Shown: positions 26,312 to 37,843 of the stretch, piece by piece
How positions within the stretch are numbered: the first letter of the stretch is position 1
Layout of the letters: the number at the start of each line of letters is the position of its first letter
NCBI GenBank assembly: GCA_001949185.1
Contig: BDGG01000012.1
Coordinates: 1,046,973-1,110,972, forward strand
From: Ramazzottius varieornatus
Taxonomy: Eukaryota > Animalia > Tardigrada
Length of the DNA stretch: 64,000 nt
Direction: 5' to 3'
Translations under genes and position numbers: made by a program
Notes under the pieces: generated by a model
The model's input: only the letters and a program-made list of their open reading frames with translations
The model's database searches: none
What the model was told of the DNA's origin: nothing

Positions 26312-27150
26312 TTGATAATGGGAATCGGAAGTGAAGTATCCTACGCTATGCTGTTCGGACTTGACAGCCGACAAGGATGTCGCCGAGATCAGCATCCCTA
26401 GTTACACGAGGAACGTCTTCAGAATCGTGATGGCATTTCTGTACAGTGACCGAGCACCAGGTTTGACAGGCCGGAATGGGTTGGTTGTCCTGAAGGGTAC
26501 CGAGCGGTACGGCATACCTGAACTGGCTGTAAAAAGCCGGTCCTTCATTTTGACCTTGTGTTCGCGGTGATGATGCCATTGATGAATCGCTTGCTAAATT
26601 AGAGAAAGCATAATAATTCAACTAATTTGTCATGCGCCCTGAAATATAGGACATCTTTGATACAAACGAAAATCGCTTAGAACTGATCGAGCACTGATTC
26701 AGTGACTCTTATGGAATTGTGTTGGTCGCGAGCTGGGTGATGCTGAAATCGAACGGACAAATTACCAGATCTACGCGATCACATCCAGCGACTTTCCGAA
26801 AGATCAAAATCAAACGGTGTGGGATGACGCAAAATTATACATTGACGACATTCTGCAAGGCCCATCAGTCCTCAACCTCGGTCGAGAGTTCCTCCATGAA
26901 TTGCGCTCTGACTTGAAGTTGACTGGGAAGCAGACATCGTGCTGTCATCGGTAAGTTAGCTCCGGACTCGCGTCTTATTCTCGTGCTTGAAAGTAATATA
27001 ACGTCCTGTTCTTTCCAGTTAACGTTGGGCGCAAACTCGTCAAGACGAAGAGGAATCGCAAGATTGCCACGCCGAACTTCAATAAGGTCCGGTTTCCGTC
27101 GATGGCTCCTTCCGATCTTCCCGATGGGGCCGTTCAGGGACGGGATAAAA
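26312..27150 (+). pseudogene. Degenerate BTB-BACK (BTBD3/6-like) pseudogene
   Basis: LIMGIGSEVSYAMLFG, then a frameshift to LTADKDVAEISIPSY..FRIVMAFLYSD..ERYGIPELA, then stops. Later RWAQ.. is followed by a frameshift to KVRFPSMAPSDLPDGA, which resembles the BACK C-terminal IRIPTM..F..GA motif. Confidence 0.65.
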
Positions 27151-28054
27151 ACGACGGAAGAAATGTCTGCACTGCAGTCTCACCGGAACAATCTGGGCGG
27201 TCTGTCACTGCTCTTTTCCACCGAAAGTCGAGAGTGCGATAGTCCTGAAGAGCTCTTTCGGTCATACTATATGTAACCTGCGTGTGTTCGCCGGATTGTT
27301 GATTTCTCGAATTTGCGAAAGAAAATCAAATTCTTATATGGGTTTTTTCGGACGCTGTCCCCGTAACGGCTGGGAAGTTTCTCAAACTGGCTAAAGCTAA
27401 GCACGTGTTCGAGCTCGCGATCGGCGGAACCAGTTTGCTGAGCGATTGGAACTCCGCAGGATAACATGGTCAGAAAAGAACTTTCGATGATCTGAACTTG
27501 AAGGTCATTAATCAGGAAGTCAGGAAGTTTAGATTTTACTAGAATGGACCTGTTGATATCGCATTTATTTGAGTAACGTCTGATATGGTTTCAGAGCGAC
27601 ACAACGAGCAAGAAAAGGCTTGGAAGGAACCCATTCCTGATCAGGAGAAAAAAGCTTCCAGTCACGACTTGGAAGGTACTGTGGCTCTCCGCTGGATCGC
27701 TAAGGCCTGGCAAGTTAGGCGGACGCTACAGCCTGGACATCTCTATCGGGAGGAACATGGAAGAATTGACTGGTTCTGGCTACGATGGGGTCAAGTTCGG
27801 GCGGATGGAGCACCATTCCAGTCTTCTTCTGCCTGGCTTGAAGGCGTGGCGCGGACTATCCCTTCTCTCGATGGACATTTACTTCGCATTCGCGCTAGTT
27901 CCAGTTTTTACTGGTGTCACGATTAGTAAATCGATCAGAACTGTGTTTCGAGCACAGACCTTGTAACAGAAGCTTTATTTTCTTGTAAACTTCTGGGCGT
28001 AAGTTTCCTAGTAAATTCTTGACCTTATGGACGGAAAAGGTGCGTTCCACGCGC

Positions 28055-28178
28055 AGGAGCTGGGCAAACAAAAATGTGCAAGATTGCCATCCTCAGTTGC
28101 GCACCCTTCCACTCAGTAACAATGAAACCGTGCGCCACTTGGAATAACGATCTTGTACGTTTTGTTCGCCCAGCTCCT
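28055..28178. mobile_element. Family-1 hairpin element, copy F (just 3' of Wnt16)
   Basis: aggagctgggcaaacaaaaatgtgcaagat...atcttgtacgttttgttcgcccagctcct, with cores 25 nt apart (28094/28130). Confidence 0.8.
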
Positions 28179-28356
28179 ATGTGGTATTTGCCCGTGCCGA
28201 CAGTAATATGGTGGTGAGATGTGACTATTTGTGTTAAGAGTATTAATCCTTCATCGCCATATTTTTCATTCCGCAGTTGTAAAAAGCACCCAGAGATCAC
28301 AAAACCAGCAACGTTATTCGGCTCGGCAAACTTCCGGTAGCGGCTGTCCGGTGCGA

Positions 28357-30442
28357 TCACTTGCAAGTGTGAACCTCCTTACTGTAAAGCACAAGAAAAT
28401 GTAAGATGCAGTCTTCTGCGAAGGAACATCTGAAGACGAGTTGCATCTACCTCGTACTACAAGTTTTGCATACCACCTCGCAGCACCAGACGAATTTACA
28501 TTCACATTTTTTCCGCTCCCATGTTACTGCAACAAGAAGCATGTTTTCCAGGTTATTCGAGCTGCTTCAAAGTTCCCGCTGCATTCTCAGTGAAAGATTG
28601 ACACTGCTCACTTTGTGTGTTGAATCCGCGGCCACAACAAAGGATCCCGCAACTGTCCGATTCAGTAGAGGTGGCGTTGCAAACGCGTCCAGTAGTGCCC
28701 CATATCCCTACAACCGGCATGGTTATGACTCCGCAACCAAATAAGAATCTCAAAGATCTGCCACACCTTTGCGAATATCCTGTCTGCAATAGTCGGGTGA
28801 TTTGTCGAGGTAGACCAGATCTTGGTTTGATACAGGAGCTCGTTTGGTGTTGTTACCGCGTCTTCGTAGTTTGGTGGCGTATTTCTTGGCTACGCGTACT
28901 GCGCGGTGGTATTTCTGCTTCAACACAGAGCTGGTGTTGGTGAAAGGTATCAGACGACGCCAACAGGTCCGCAGTTCGCACGAACCGCTGACGCCGTGGC
29001 AGCGACCTACAATGAGAAGTCAAATGAATCATGGCGGATTAGTTCGAAGCGATGCATTGGTTCCGAATAAGTCGCACAGAAAGCTTAACAGTTACTGATA
29101 TGTATATTTGTTTGTACGTACAATATTTTTGGACTTGTCCATGTATCACCTGCGATCAAAAAGACTTAGTTATTACTGTAGGTACGGGCAGGACAGCCGA
29201 TAACGCAGCGCTATCCATCTAAAATATCGAGGTCGAAACACGACATATGGCAGTATGTTACCTGGGCTAGAGCAAATAAATCGATTACATGAAGCGTCTG
29301 TCACGTTGTTTGACCAAATGAATTTAGTTCACTAAATTTCTGGCTGGAAGTGGCCTGAAGATTCAAATACTGCAGCCTTTTCCGAAGACTTGGAGAACTT
29401 ACCGCTCTTCCAGTTGCTTTATTGTGCAAGTGTATCGCGTCTCTCAGGCTGCGCGCGTCCTTTCGTTTCACTTCTTCCGGGGCATCGTTGAACTGTCTTG
29501 AGAACCACAGACCAAAACTGAAATAACAATTGAGCGTTACAGCAATCGTCCATGATTGAATAGTCTTGTGATGCGAGGCGCAGTGGGTTTGCAGCACAAA
29601 GGCAATTGGCAAACGGTGCGCGACTTGGAAAGTGCACCCCTTTAGCGGGATTCGATATGTCGGCTCGCCGATACACGCGGGGAGCTCAAACAGCATAGTA
29701 TTTAACTTACTCGACGTTGTCCGAGCATCCAGACCAAGTCCATCCATCGGCTCCCTTCTGACTGGTCTTGCGAGTGTCGCAACCACATTCTGAGACATTC
29801 CCAGCACTGCACGCTCTGACCACAGTATGAACTACCGCAGCGCTCATTATAGCCGTAATAAAGGCAGATTCTTTAGTTTCTGTAGACCGACAATCAAACT
29901 GAATCGTTTCTGTTCTTAGACTGAGTATCATAAAGAGTAATGTTGAAATGGTAGATTAACTAGTGACCTTTATGGGCGTTTCTCCGGTCCTTGATGTTTG
30001 TGCAGTTCCATCTTTCAGACCGAAATTGGTGCTGGCACTCTTTTAGTGCCATCTGTGCGGCGTCTTCGACTTTGGCAAATATTTGTGGATTTTTCCGGCA
30101 TAAAGCAATCTGGTGGTCTACTAGGCCTTCAATAGACTGGCACCAGTCCGACTGCGCAACCGGTAAGGTCACCAGTTCCGGGTGGAAGGAGCCTCTGGGC
30201 AATGTGATCATATTTGGATCATGCCGAACATTCGAACTCAACAATCCCAAATGCCTACGAAAAACGAGGCGTTTGGGAGCAAAACTCTAAATTACTTCAG
30301 AGGTATTTTGATATCCTTTTCGGTTAGCAGGTAATGAGACTTACATCCAAGTTGTCAGTGTGTCGTGGTTCGAGCAGGTCCTTGTCGATAACAGCGAAAA
30401 GAGAGCCACTGTGACGCAAGTCCGGAAACTTATTAGATCCAT
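28357..30442 (-). CDS. WNT16: Wnt ligand, Wnt16-like
   Basis: Signal peptide, [70 protein letters not shown] and [14 protein letters not shown]...VHTCK*. The subfamily call rests on recalled motifs. Confidence 0.9.
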
Positions 30443-32404
30443 TTCGAAAGGACTTGTCACCCAAAGGTTGCGCTGTGAGGTACTCCGGGCATTTCCACCA
30501 TATTCCGAACGATACCCCCTGTTAGCTTCCGGACTGCACCGTAAGTGTCTACGAGCGTCTAAGAGGAACAAAAAAACAGTTGGTTATTGTCCGGACAAAG
30601 GTAACGATCCCAAGATCCCGTGAAATATGGACATACATCAGTACGTATGGAGTTTCTTGCTGCGACAAGTAATCTTCATAGTGTGACAACATTAGTCAAC
30701 ATCTGGATAAATGCTGCGAAAATATTTGGCTGGGCCATAAATCACTGCTGTACATGTCAAGATCCATTAGAGCCATCGTGTTAGGACATAAAACCGGACA
30801 ACGGCCATTCAATTGGCTGCTCCGCGTTATGCTGGCTGCGTCGAGACCTCCTCTGGTGCTTCTTGAACACGGAGGTGTACATACCAATGGCGAGGCCTGA
30901 AAAGCAATAAAATTCACTTTCTCTGCTACCCGTATAAGCTAACATCATTTTACCGGAGAAAAACAGTACGAATGCCAAAATTGACCATTAATCTATTGTA
31001 CAGAGAAATTACTCAATTAAGCCTGTCTCATACATATATCGCGGATCACGACGATTACTGCAGTGCGATAGGCTGCCCTCGATCTACCTTATGCACGGTA
31101 CAAGACCATTTCTGGAGGTTGCAGGGGCAGCACGGTAGATCGAGGACCCCCTATTCTTGATTGACAAAAACAAGTCTCGACAAAAGCCGGCCATGCAGTA
31201 CTTGTTGCGGGGAAAAGACGTTTGTGGACGGTACAAAAGATCACATCGAGGGTAGATTTGGTCAGGTCTTTCTTTACAGATCTACAGTATCGTATGGTCA
31301 CGATCTGGCTAATGAGTTGTTATGGTGGTACCTAATTGCGGCTTCTTTTCTTTGGAAACAGAAGCCGAACAAGCAAGTCAAACGAGCCGCTATTCCGTCT
31401 CGATTCCGTCTTTTGTTCCGGAATCGAAGGCTCGAAGCCGTGTCGGGCTTCTGGGTCCGTCGGCCTGACCGCCTGACCACAAGGAAAGACAGCCCAGACC
31501 GCTCTACGGCATCATTATGTAATTGCCTCCTTTCCGAGCCTCTTTCGTTTGCTTTCTGTGCGGGGTGATATGAATAGAAATTTGGGCGTGGCAGATGGAC
31601 TGCTTGTAAATTGATTTTGAAATGTTTGTATGATAACAGTAATCGTTCTCGATTATGAATACCAATATGGCAGTTTAAGCTTCTGACAAGGAGGGTAACC
31701 GCTTATTATCGTTATTATCGCACTGTATGACATCGCTTGTCCGTCTTTACAGCATTAAACTTACCCGTTGTCCAACTGTATGCAGCCCGTAAATGCCCGA
31801 TGGTCACTTTCGTAGCGTTAAAGGGTGGTACTCTATAATTATTCCACCACGTTAGCAATATTTTACAGAGATGAAAGGAAACTCAATTTCTCGCAAGGGA
31901 AAAATAATAACTTGAGACACCACCCCCGTTTACACCCTCACTCAGCATCCCACCAGACTTCCATCATTCAGCCACAGTAGCCAGAATTCGAAGAAGCCTT
32001 TTGCTTTCTCCGTAAAGCAATTGTCGCCGGAACTACTAGTCCAAGCCGCCAAAACGCTCTGTCCAAAGGTCTCATGGCCATCGGACTGTAAGAGACAAAA
32101 GTTTTCAAATTAAGCGAAATATTCATTGTACGGAGTGACACAAGTGTAAGTACGCCAGTCATCTTTAAACCGTTTATCAACGGTCACGGCCATCGAAAGC
32201 TTGAGTACCTTCCACCTTGTAGGTCAAACAAGGAAGTCCACGTGGCACATTTGAAAAAACAGCTATGCCGCCGATGGCCCGCAGTTGTGGTGCTTGATGG
32301 TGATTCCCTGCAAGCCTGACGACAGCCGAAAAAAATCAGTTTCTACAAACAACAACGCTGCTACTGTTTGGGAAGTATGGGTTGCCAGCGGAAGAGAAGC
32401 TAGT

Positions 32405-35065
32405 ATGTACCCATACGTTCCGTTACTGCTGCTTTTCCTGACGAAGTTCTTTGTGTGGATTCAGTGTCAGCAGGTATCTCTTCCCCTAACGCGTAAACTA
32501 ACTTGGTGCAACTCTTCTCCAGCGGAGCATCGAAAATGCATCGACCTGGAGAACGCCATCTCGCATGCTTCTTTCCAGCGGACCACCGACCTGCTTCCTA
32601 TTATGTCTTGTGCGTTTTACCATGGGAAGCGGGAATGTATGCAGGCTGTTGCATCAGGAGACGCGGATGTTATGGCGGTCGAGGCGGGCGACATGTATGC
32701 TGCTGGACGATGGTTTGGTCTTGTCCCTATCGCCATCGAGGAATTTCGCGGAGTGAGCGAGAAGGAAGCTGCCGTGATTGTGCGACGCTCGGCGAACATT
32801 GTATCCCTAGCGGATTTGAGAAACAAGTCCGTTTGTAGTCCTGGAGCGACATCTTTGGCGGGCTGGTCCATTCCAACAGCTCGTCTGATGCAAATGGCCT
32901 GGCAAAGTCCGGAATCTTCTTCGGCCTCCGATACCGACAACAATGAAACAGGAAACACAGGTAAGTTGAATTCCCAAGTTTTTTTTATGGACGAATCAAA
33001 AGTCTGCGGAGTCTACCGCAGTTGAATTCCGGAGCGACATGACGCATATATACTGCACGGAACCGCATCCCAGTGATAAAAAATCGTTGATTAGCAGCAG
33101 CGGCAACAGGTGACTGTTGAGATACGCGTCACGGCTTGCCAGAGCGGATTAAATGCGCAGGATTTTGGTGAATCGTACTGGCGAGCTCCAGTGTTTACCT
33201 TTTTGCCTTGACAGGGAATTTGGATCTGACCATCGACGATTGCAACAATGTGGCCAAAGTTATGTCCAAGTTCTTCGGACCGAGCTGCGTTCCAGGAATC
33301 CTCGACTTCTGGCACAATCCTCGTTCGGATAACCCCAGCGTTCTTTGCGAGAAATGCGCATCCATGGCCGACAGCGCGGAATGGTGCACCCAGCAGGATC
33401 CCTACGCCGGAAACGACGGTGTTTTGAACTGCCTTGTTCATGAAGCAGGCGATGTTGGACTTCTCAGCGTAGATTTGGCGCAGAAATTACTCCCAGGGAC
33501 GATGATCTTGTTCGAGCTGTTGTGTCCGGATGGATCGAGGTCGCCTTTGTCGACATTGTTCAATCGAGCTTGTTCTTGGGGAAGTATACCAGCGAATACC
33601 TTCATCGTCGATACATCCAGAACGTCCGACGAACGGCAGTTCATCCAGAGTTTCATCTTCAACCTAACAACGAAAGCTGGACTGTTCTTCTCCGACAAGA
33701 ATCCGGTTTCCGGTGAGAAGCGATATAATGGTTCGGATTTAATGTGGTCCGATATCCTTACCAGTGTTCGGAGCCTGCCCTATCGCGAACAGCAGTACAC
33801 CAAGTTGCTTAGCCCGGAGATCGCCGATATCACAGCTGGGAAGTGTCCGGTTACAACGATGAGATTCTGCGTTGTGGGCAGAGAAGAACTGGGAAAATGT
33901 CAAGAATTTCAGGCTGCGCTGATGTCGAAGAACGTTCAGCCACTTTTGCAGTGTGAAATGGCGGTCAGTCATTGGGACTGCATGCAACGGGTCGCCACAA
34001 ACTACGCTGACGTCATGATCTCCGACGCTTCTGATGCATACTTGTCCGGTGAGTTGGCAAGCCACTTGAGCAAACCAGATGTTGGTCATTACTTTCAGCA
34101 TCCTTACAGGTAAAATGTACCGGATGATACCTTTCATGGCGGAAATCTACGATCTGGACGAACCTTTCTCCTACGTCGTTGCAGTAGTCAAGCGAACAGA
34201 CCCGATATCCACCCTGCTGGACCTTCGGGAAAGAAACACCTGTCATGGGCAGATATACGGCGGGACTGGCTGGACTGTTCCCATCAGTTTCCTCCTTACA
34301 CAAAACAGGGTTCGTGACGCGTATGACTGTCACGATTTAACGTTCGAAATCTCTCAGATTTTCCAAAAGGGTTGTGCTCCTGGTGCGCTCAGTTCTGCGT
34401 ACTATCGCAGCGTCATACACCCGGAAAACCTCTGTGATTTGTGTACGGGCGATATAGAAAACTACTGCGCGAGGAACCCTGACGAAGCTTACTATGGGTC
34501 GACGGGCGCGTTCAAGTGTTTAGCGGAAGGTGGTGGTCACGTGGCTTTCGTCATGCATACTACGGGATGGGAGAACACCGATGGACATAACATGCGTATA
34601 TGGGCTCGCGCGCTGGTTTCTCAAGATTATGAGTTGCTCTGTGTGGATGGAACTCGAACCACGCTTGGAGACTATGTAACTTGTAACATGGGAAGAGTGC
34701 CAGCTAACGTTTTGATGACCTCCAGCACCAAAAGCGAAGAGGTGATTGCAGCGTACGCGGGACTCTTGGAACTCGGGCAGCTGTACTTCGGGGCTTCCAG
34801 TTCGCCAGACTTTAGGATGTTCCAGAGCGACGGATACCTACACCAGGACCTAATATTCCGGGATGCAACCACAAGACTTGTTCTTCTACCACCGGAGAAC
34901 CGTACGGCTGAAGCCTATCTTGGTGAAGATTTCATCCGCGTAGTCACTCGAGCTCAGTGTGCAACAGCAAGTCCTCGAATCACTTCTGGAAGTAGCCAGA
35001 GTTGGCTGATGGCGATGTTTGTAGTTCTTCTGCTACGCGAAAACGATGGCACCGAACACCGGTGA
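32405..35065 (+). CDS. Bilobal transferrin-family protein, melanotransferrin/Tsf2-like, possibly GPI-anchored
   Basis: Signal peptide, WC..E..KC, C...A.G.AD, GW.IP, YYGSTGAFKCLAEGGGHVAF, YELLC.DG, DLIFRDAT, and a hydrophobic C-terminal stretch. Three exons (32405-32960, ~33214-34048, ~34110-35065). Confidence 0.9.
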
Positions 35066-35352
35066 CGTTGCCGAGGACATCCTCGCTCGGCGATTCGAAC
35101 CACAATACTCAGCTCAGTCTGTACCTCTGCTGAAACCAATGGGTTACAAGGTACGCAGTGTGGTAAGTAAAGGCCACAGACTGAGCGACCACTAATTTTT
35201 CATCCGAGCAGAATACTGTAAAGTACATAAACTTCTTTTTTAAGTTTAGCTTTCAAGTTTTCTGGTTCGTTGAGATTTCATGCTTAGTAAGCATTACTGG
35301 ATTTTTAGGTCGCAGCTGATTGAGAACTCAAGGTGTCACAAAAGATTTGTCA

Positions 35353-37213
35353 ATGTCAACGATCGATGAAGAGGAGGACAAATTACCATCGAAAGATGCG
35401 CCACTTGGGCCAAAGAGGTCTTTCATTGCGGAAAAGTACATTATCAAACTTCCGCCTGGTCTCAAAGCACTGCTAGAGGATTTGACCCGTGCGGTGATCA
35501 AGAATAAGCCCTCGAATATCGATCTGTTTGCAGCAGATTTCTTTTCCAGGCTACTAGAAGACCGAGCTCGAGGTACTGTAAGATCGACCAGCGTACCTCG
35601 GTGCAAAATTGTTACTTAATTGCTTTTTCACGGGTGTTTTCAGATGTGGGCACTATCGACTTTCCCAAATACCTCAATGATAGCGAGGTCAAAAGAAAGA
35701 AGAAATCGTTTCGCTCCAGTCTTCGAAAGAGTAAGCGTAGCAGCGTAGTAAACCGAGCCAGTCGTCACAAGCATGGTGAGTCTCCCGATGATGATCATGG
35801 TGATGACGACGACGACGAGTCGGGATCCAAGAAGCGTCAGTCGTGCGTTTGTCCGGTTGCGCCCGAAACAGCTACATCGGGACTTCGGCCACAAACCTCG
35901 TATAGTGGTAATACACATGCTGAATCACACAGAAAGCGTGATACTCCGAATAAAGTACGACCTACGCTTGTGAAGTTATCGAAAGAAGAAGATCCAGACG
36001 CCTTCCGCTCTTCTCGTCGAACATCTCAGTCAAAATCGGCCGACAGGCGTTTAAGAGCTCCTTCCATTAGTCGACCTCCGCCATCAGGCGAACAACGCTT
36101 TTCCGTTCCCGATGCATTGACCAAAACCGACGTATCGGCCAGACGGGATTCCACTACTCAAAAACCCAGTATCCAACAAACAGACCGGGAATCTGTTCGG
36201 CCGTCCGAACCCGAACCGAAGAGGACTGTGGAAGCCGAAAGGGTGGAGAACTCACGAAGGAAGAAGAGTTCGGTGGCTGACAAGACAACATTGACTACAG
36301 TGAAAACAGCGAAGCCTAAAGAATCCCTAGTCAGTGACAGGAGGAAGGCCGAAGAACCACGAGATCACCGGAAGCTGAACGCGGAACGGACAGGGAGGAC
36401 CTCTGCTCCTGTTGCTTACGGACCATCAGCTCTCGTGGTCCCTGACCAGAGAAGGACTTCGGTCATTATAGACAATATAGGCACTGCCAAGGGGACAAAG
36501 AAGAGGGCCAGTGCATCAGTAGATCGAAGAAGTACAGTTGACGAGAGCACGAACATCCCCGAAACGCGGCCTGATGTGAGCAGGAGAAGTACTGTTGACG
36601 GGGGCACAAACATCCCATCGAAGCTTGATGTGGGAAAGAGCGATCAAAAACCAAGACCGCTTGCCGTGTCAAGATCGAAAGAAACTGTACCTGTGATATC
36701 TCCGCTCGATGCGGCACTCAACAGGAAGACCGTAGCACTAGCCAAGTTTGCGCCGAAGAAAGTTCCATTTGCGAACGTACCAGGAACCGAGAAAACGCAC
36801 GCGCCAGAGAGCAAAGCGACTACGACTACCACCGTCACTCCCACTAAAACAGCAGTAACCAAAACTACTGTAACCCCCATACCCCCTGCTGGAGGGCCAC
36901 CGAAAATTTCGGTCATTCCGCCGGACGAGACACCGAAGCCTTCAGATACTCCAACTGCGGATACGGTCAAGAAAGGTCGCTTCGGCAAATCTGTAAAGCG
37001 CGACCTTCTAAGCCCAACTGATACGAGCGGGGTAGGTTGGGAAATCGTATGACTGTATTAATCGTCTGATGTTAAACTGTGATAATTATCCTTTGATTGC
37101 AGACGGACTCCATATCCGTATCCGAGCCAGGAACTACAGAGAGCGAAAGCAGTAAGGACAATGACAAGTCTAAAAAGAAGAGTAAGGTAAAGAAGAGCAG
37201 CTGGCTGAAGTAG
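35353..37213 (+). CDS. RIIa dimerization/docking-domain protein (Sp17/ropporin-like N-terminus) with a long basic disordered tail
   Basis: IKLPPGLKALLEDLTRAVIKNKPSNIDLFAADFFSRLL in exon 1, exon 2 (~35644-37032) is K/R/S/T/P-rich, and exon 3 (37103-37213) ends KKSSWLK*. Confidence 0.8.
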
Positions 37214-37843
37214 ACTGACAAGATTCAGGTGAACTACTTCCTGGTTTGACCTGGTATACAGTGTAGGCCTTAGGAGTAGAGTTCTGGCTACTGCTTTATG
37301 GTCGCCGGATCTCGTTCTCCGCTTTACGTCCAGGTGCTGAGAGTTTTCTAATTTAAGATGTTACTCTGAAGTTCGTCCGGTTCTCGAGTATGGAGTTTTC
37401 TTTTTGAATCGGATCTTTCTATTGATTGTGTGTTATGATACTAATGACCTACCTCGTGCAGCAGAAATGGAAATGTATGTCATGCAATGCAATGTTGTGG
37501 TTTTCCTCTTGATTGTTGATTACGCGTACTTCGGATTCACGCGATTGCAAAATTAGCTTCTGTTGAAATCGAATGTGGAAGAAATTTTTCTCGAATGTTT
37601 TCCCATGGACTTCGCTCTGTTTCCGGAATGATCGTCGAGGCATTCGCGCTGTTATCTGATTTATCGGTTTTCGAATCACCGATAGTGCCTCAAGACGAGT
37701 GTGAAATTTTGTTTCCCGGGTAAGATGAGTCATGAGTCTTCAATGTCGGTTGTGCTGTTGCGGACATAGCAGGATCGGGCCATTTCGAAACTGTGAGAAT
37801 CATCTCTTCCTACTTCGTTTCTTATCCTAACCTGCGTCCAGAC

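Noticed and set aside
30696-32180. Short ORFs between Wnt16 and the transferrin gene
   Set aside because: No motif support; more likely regulatory intergenic DNA of the divergent pair.
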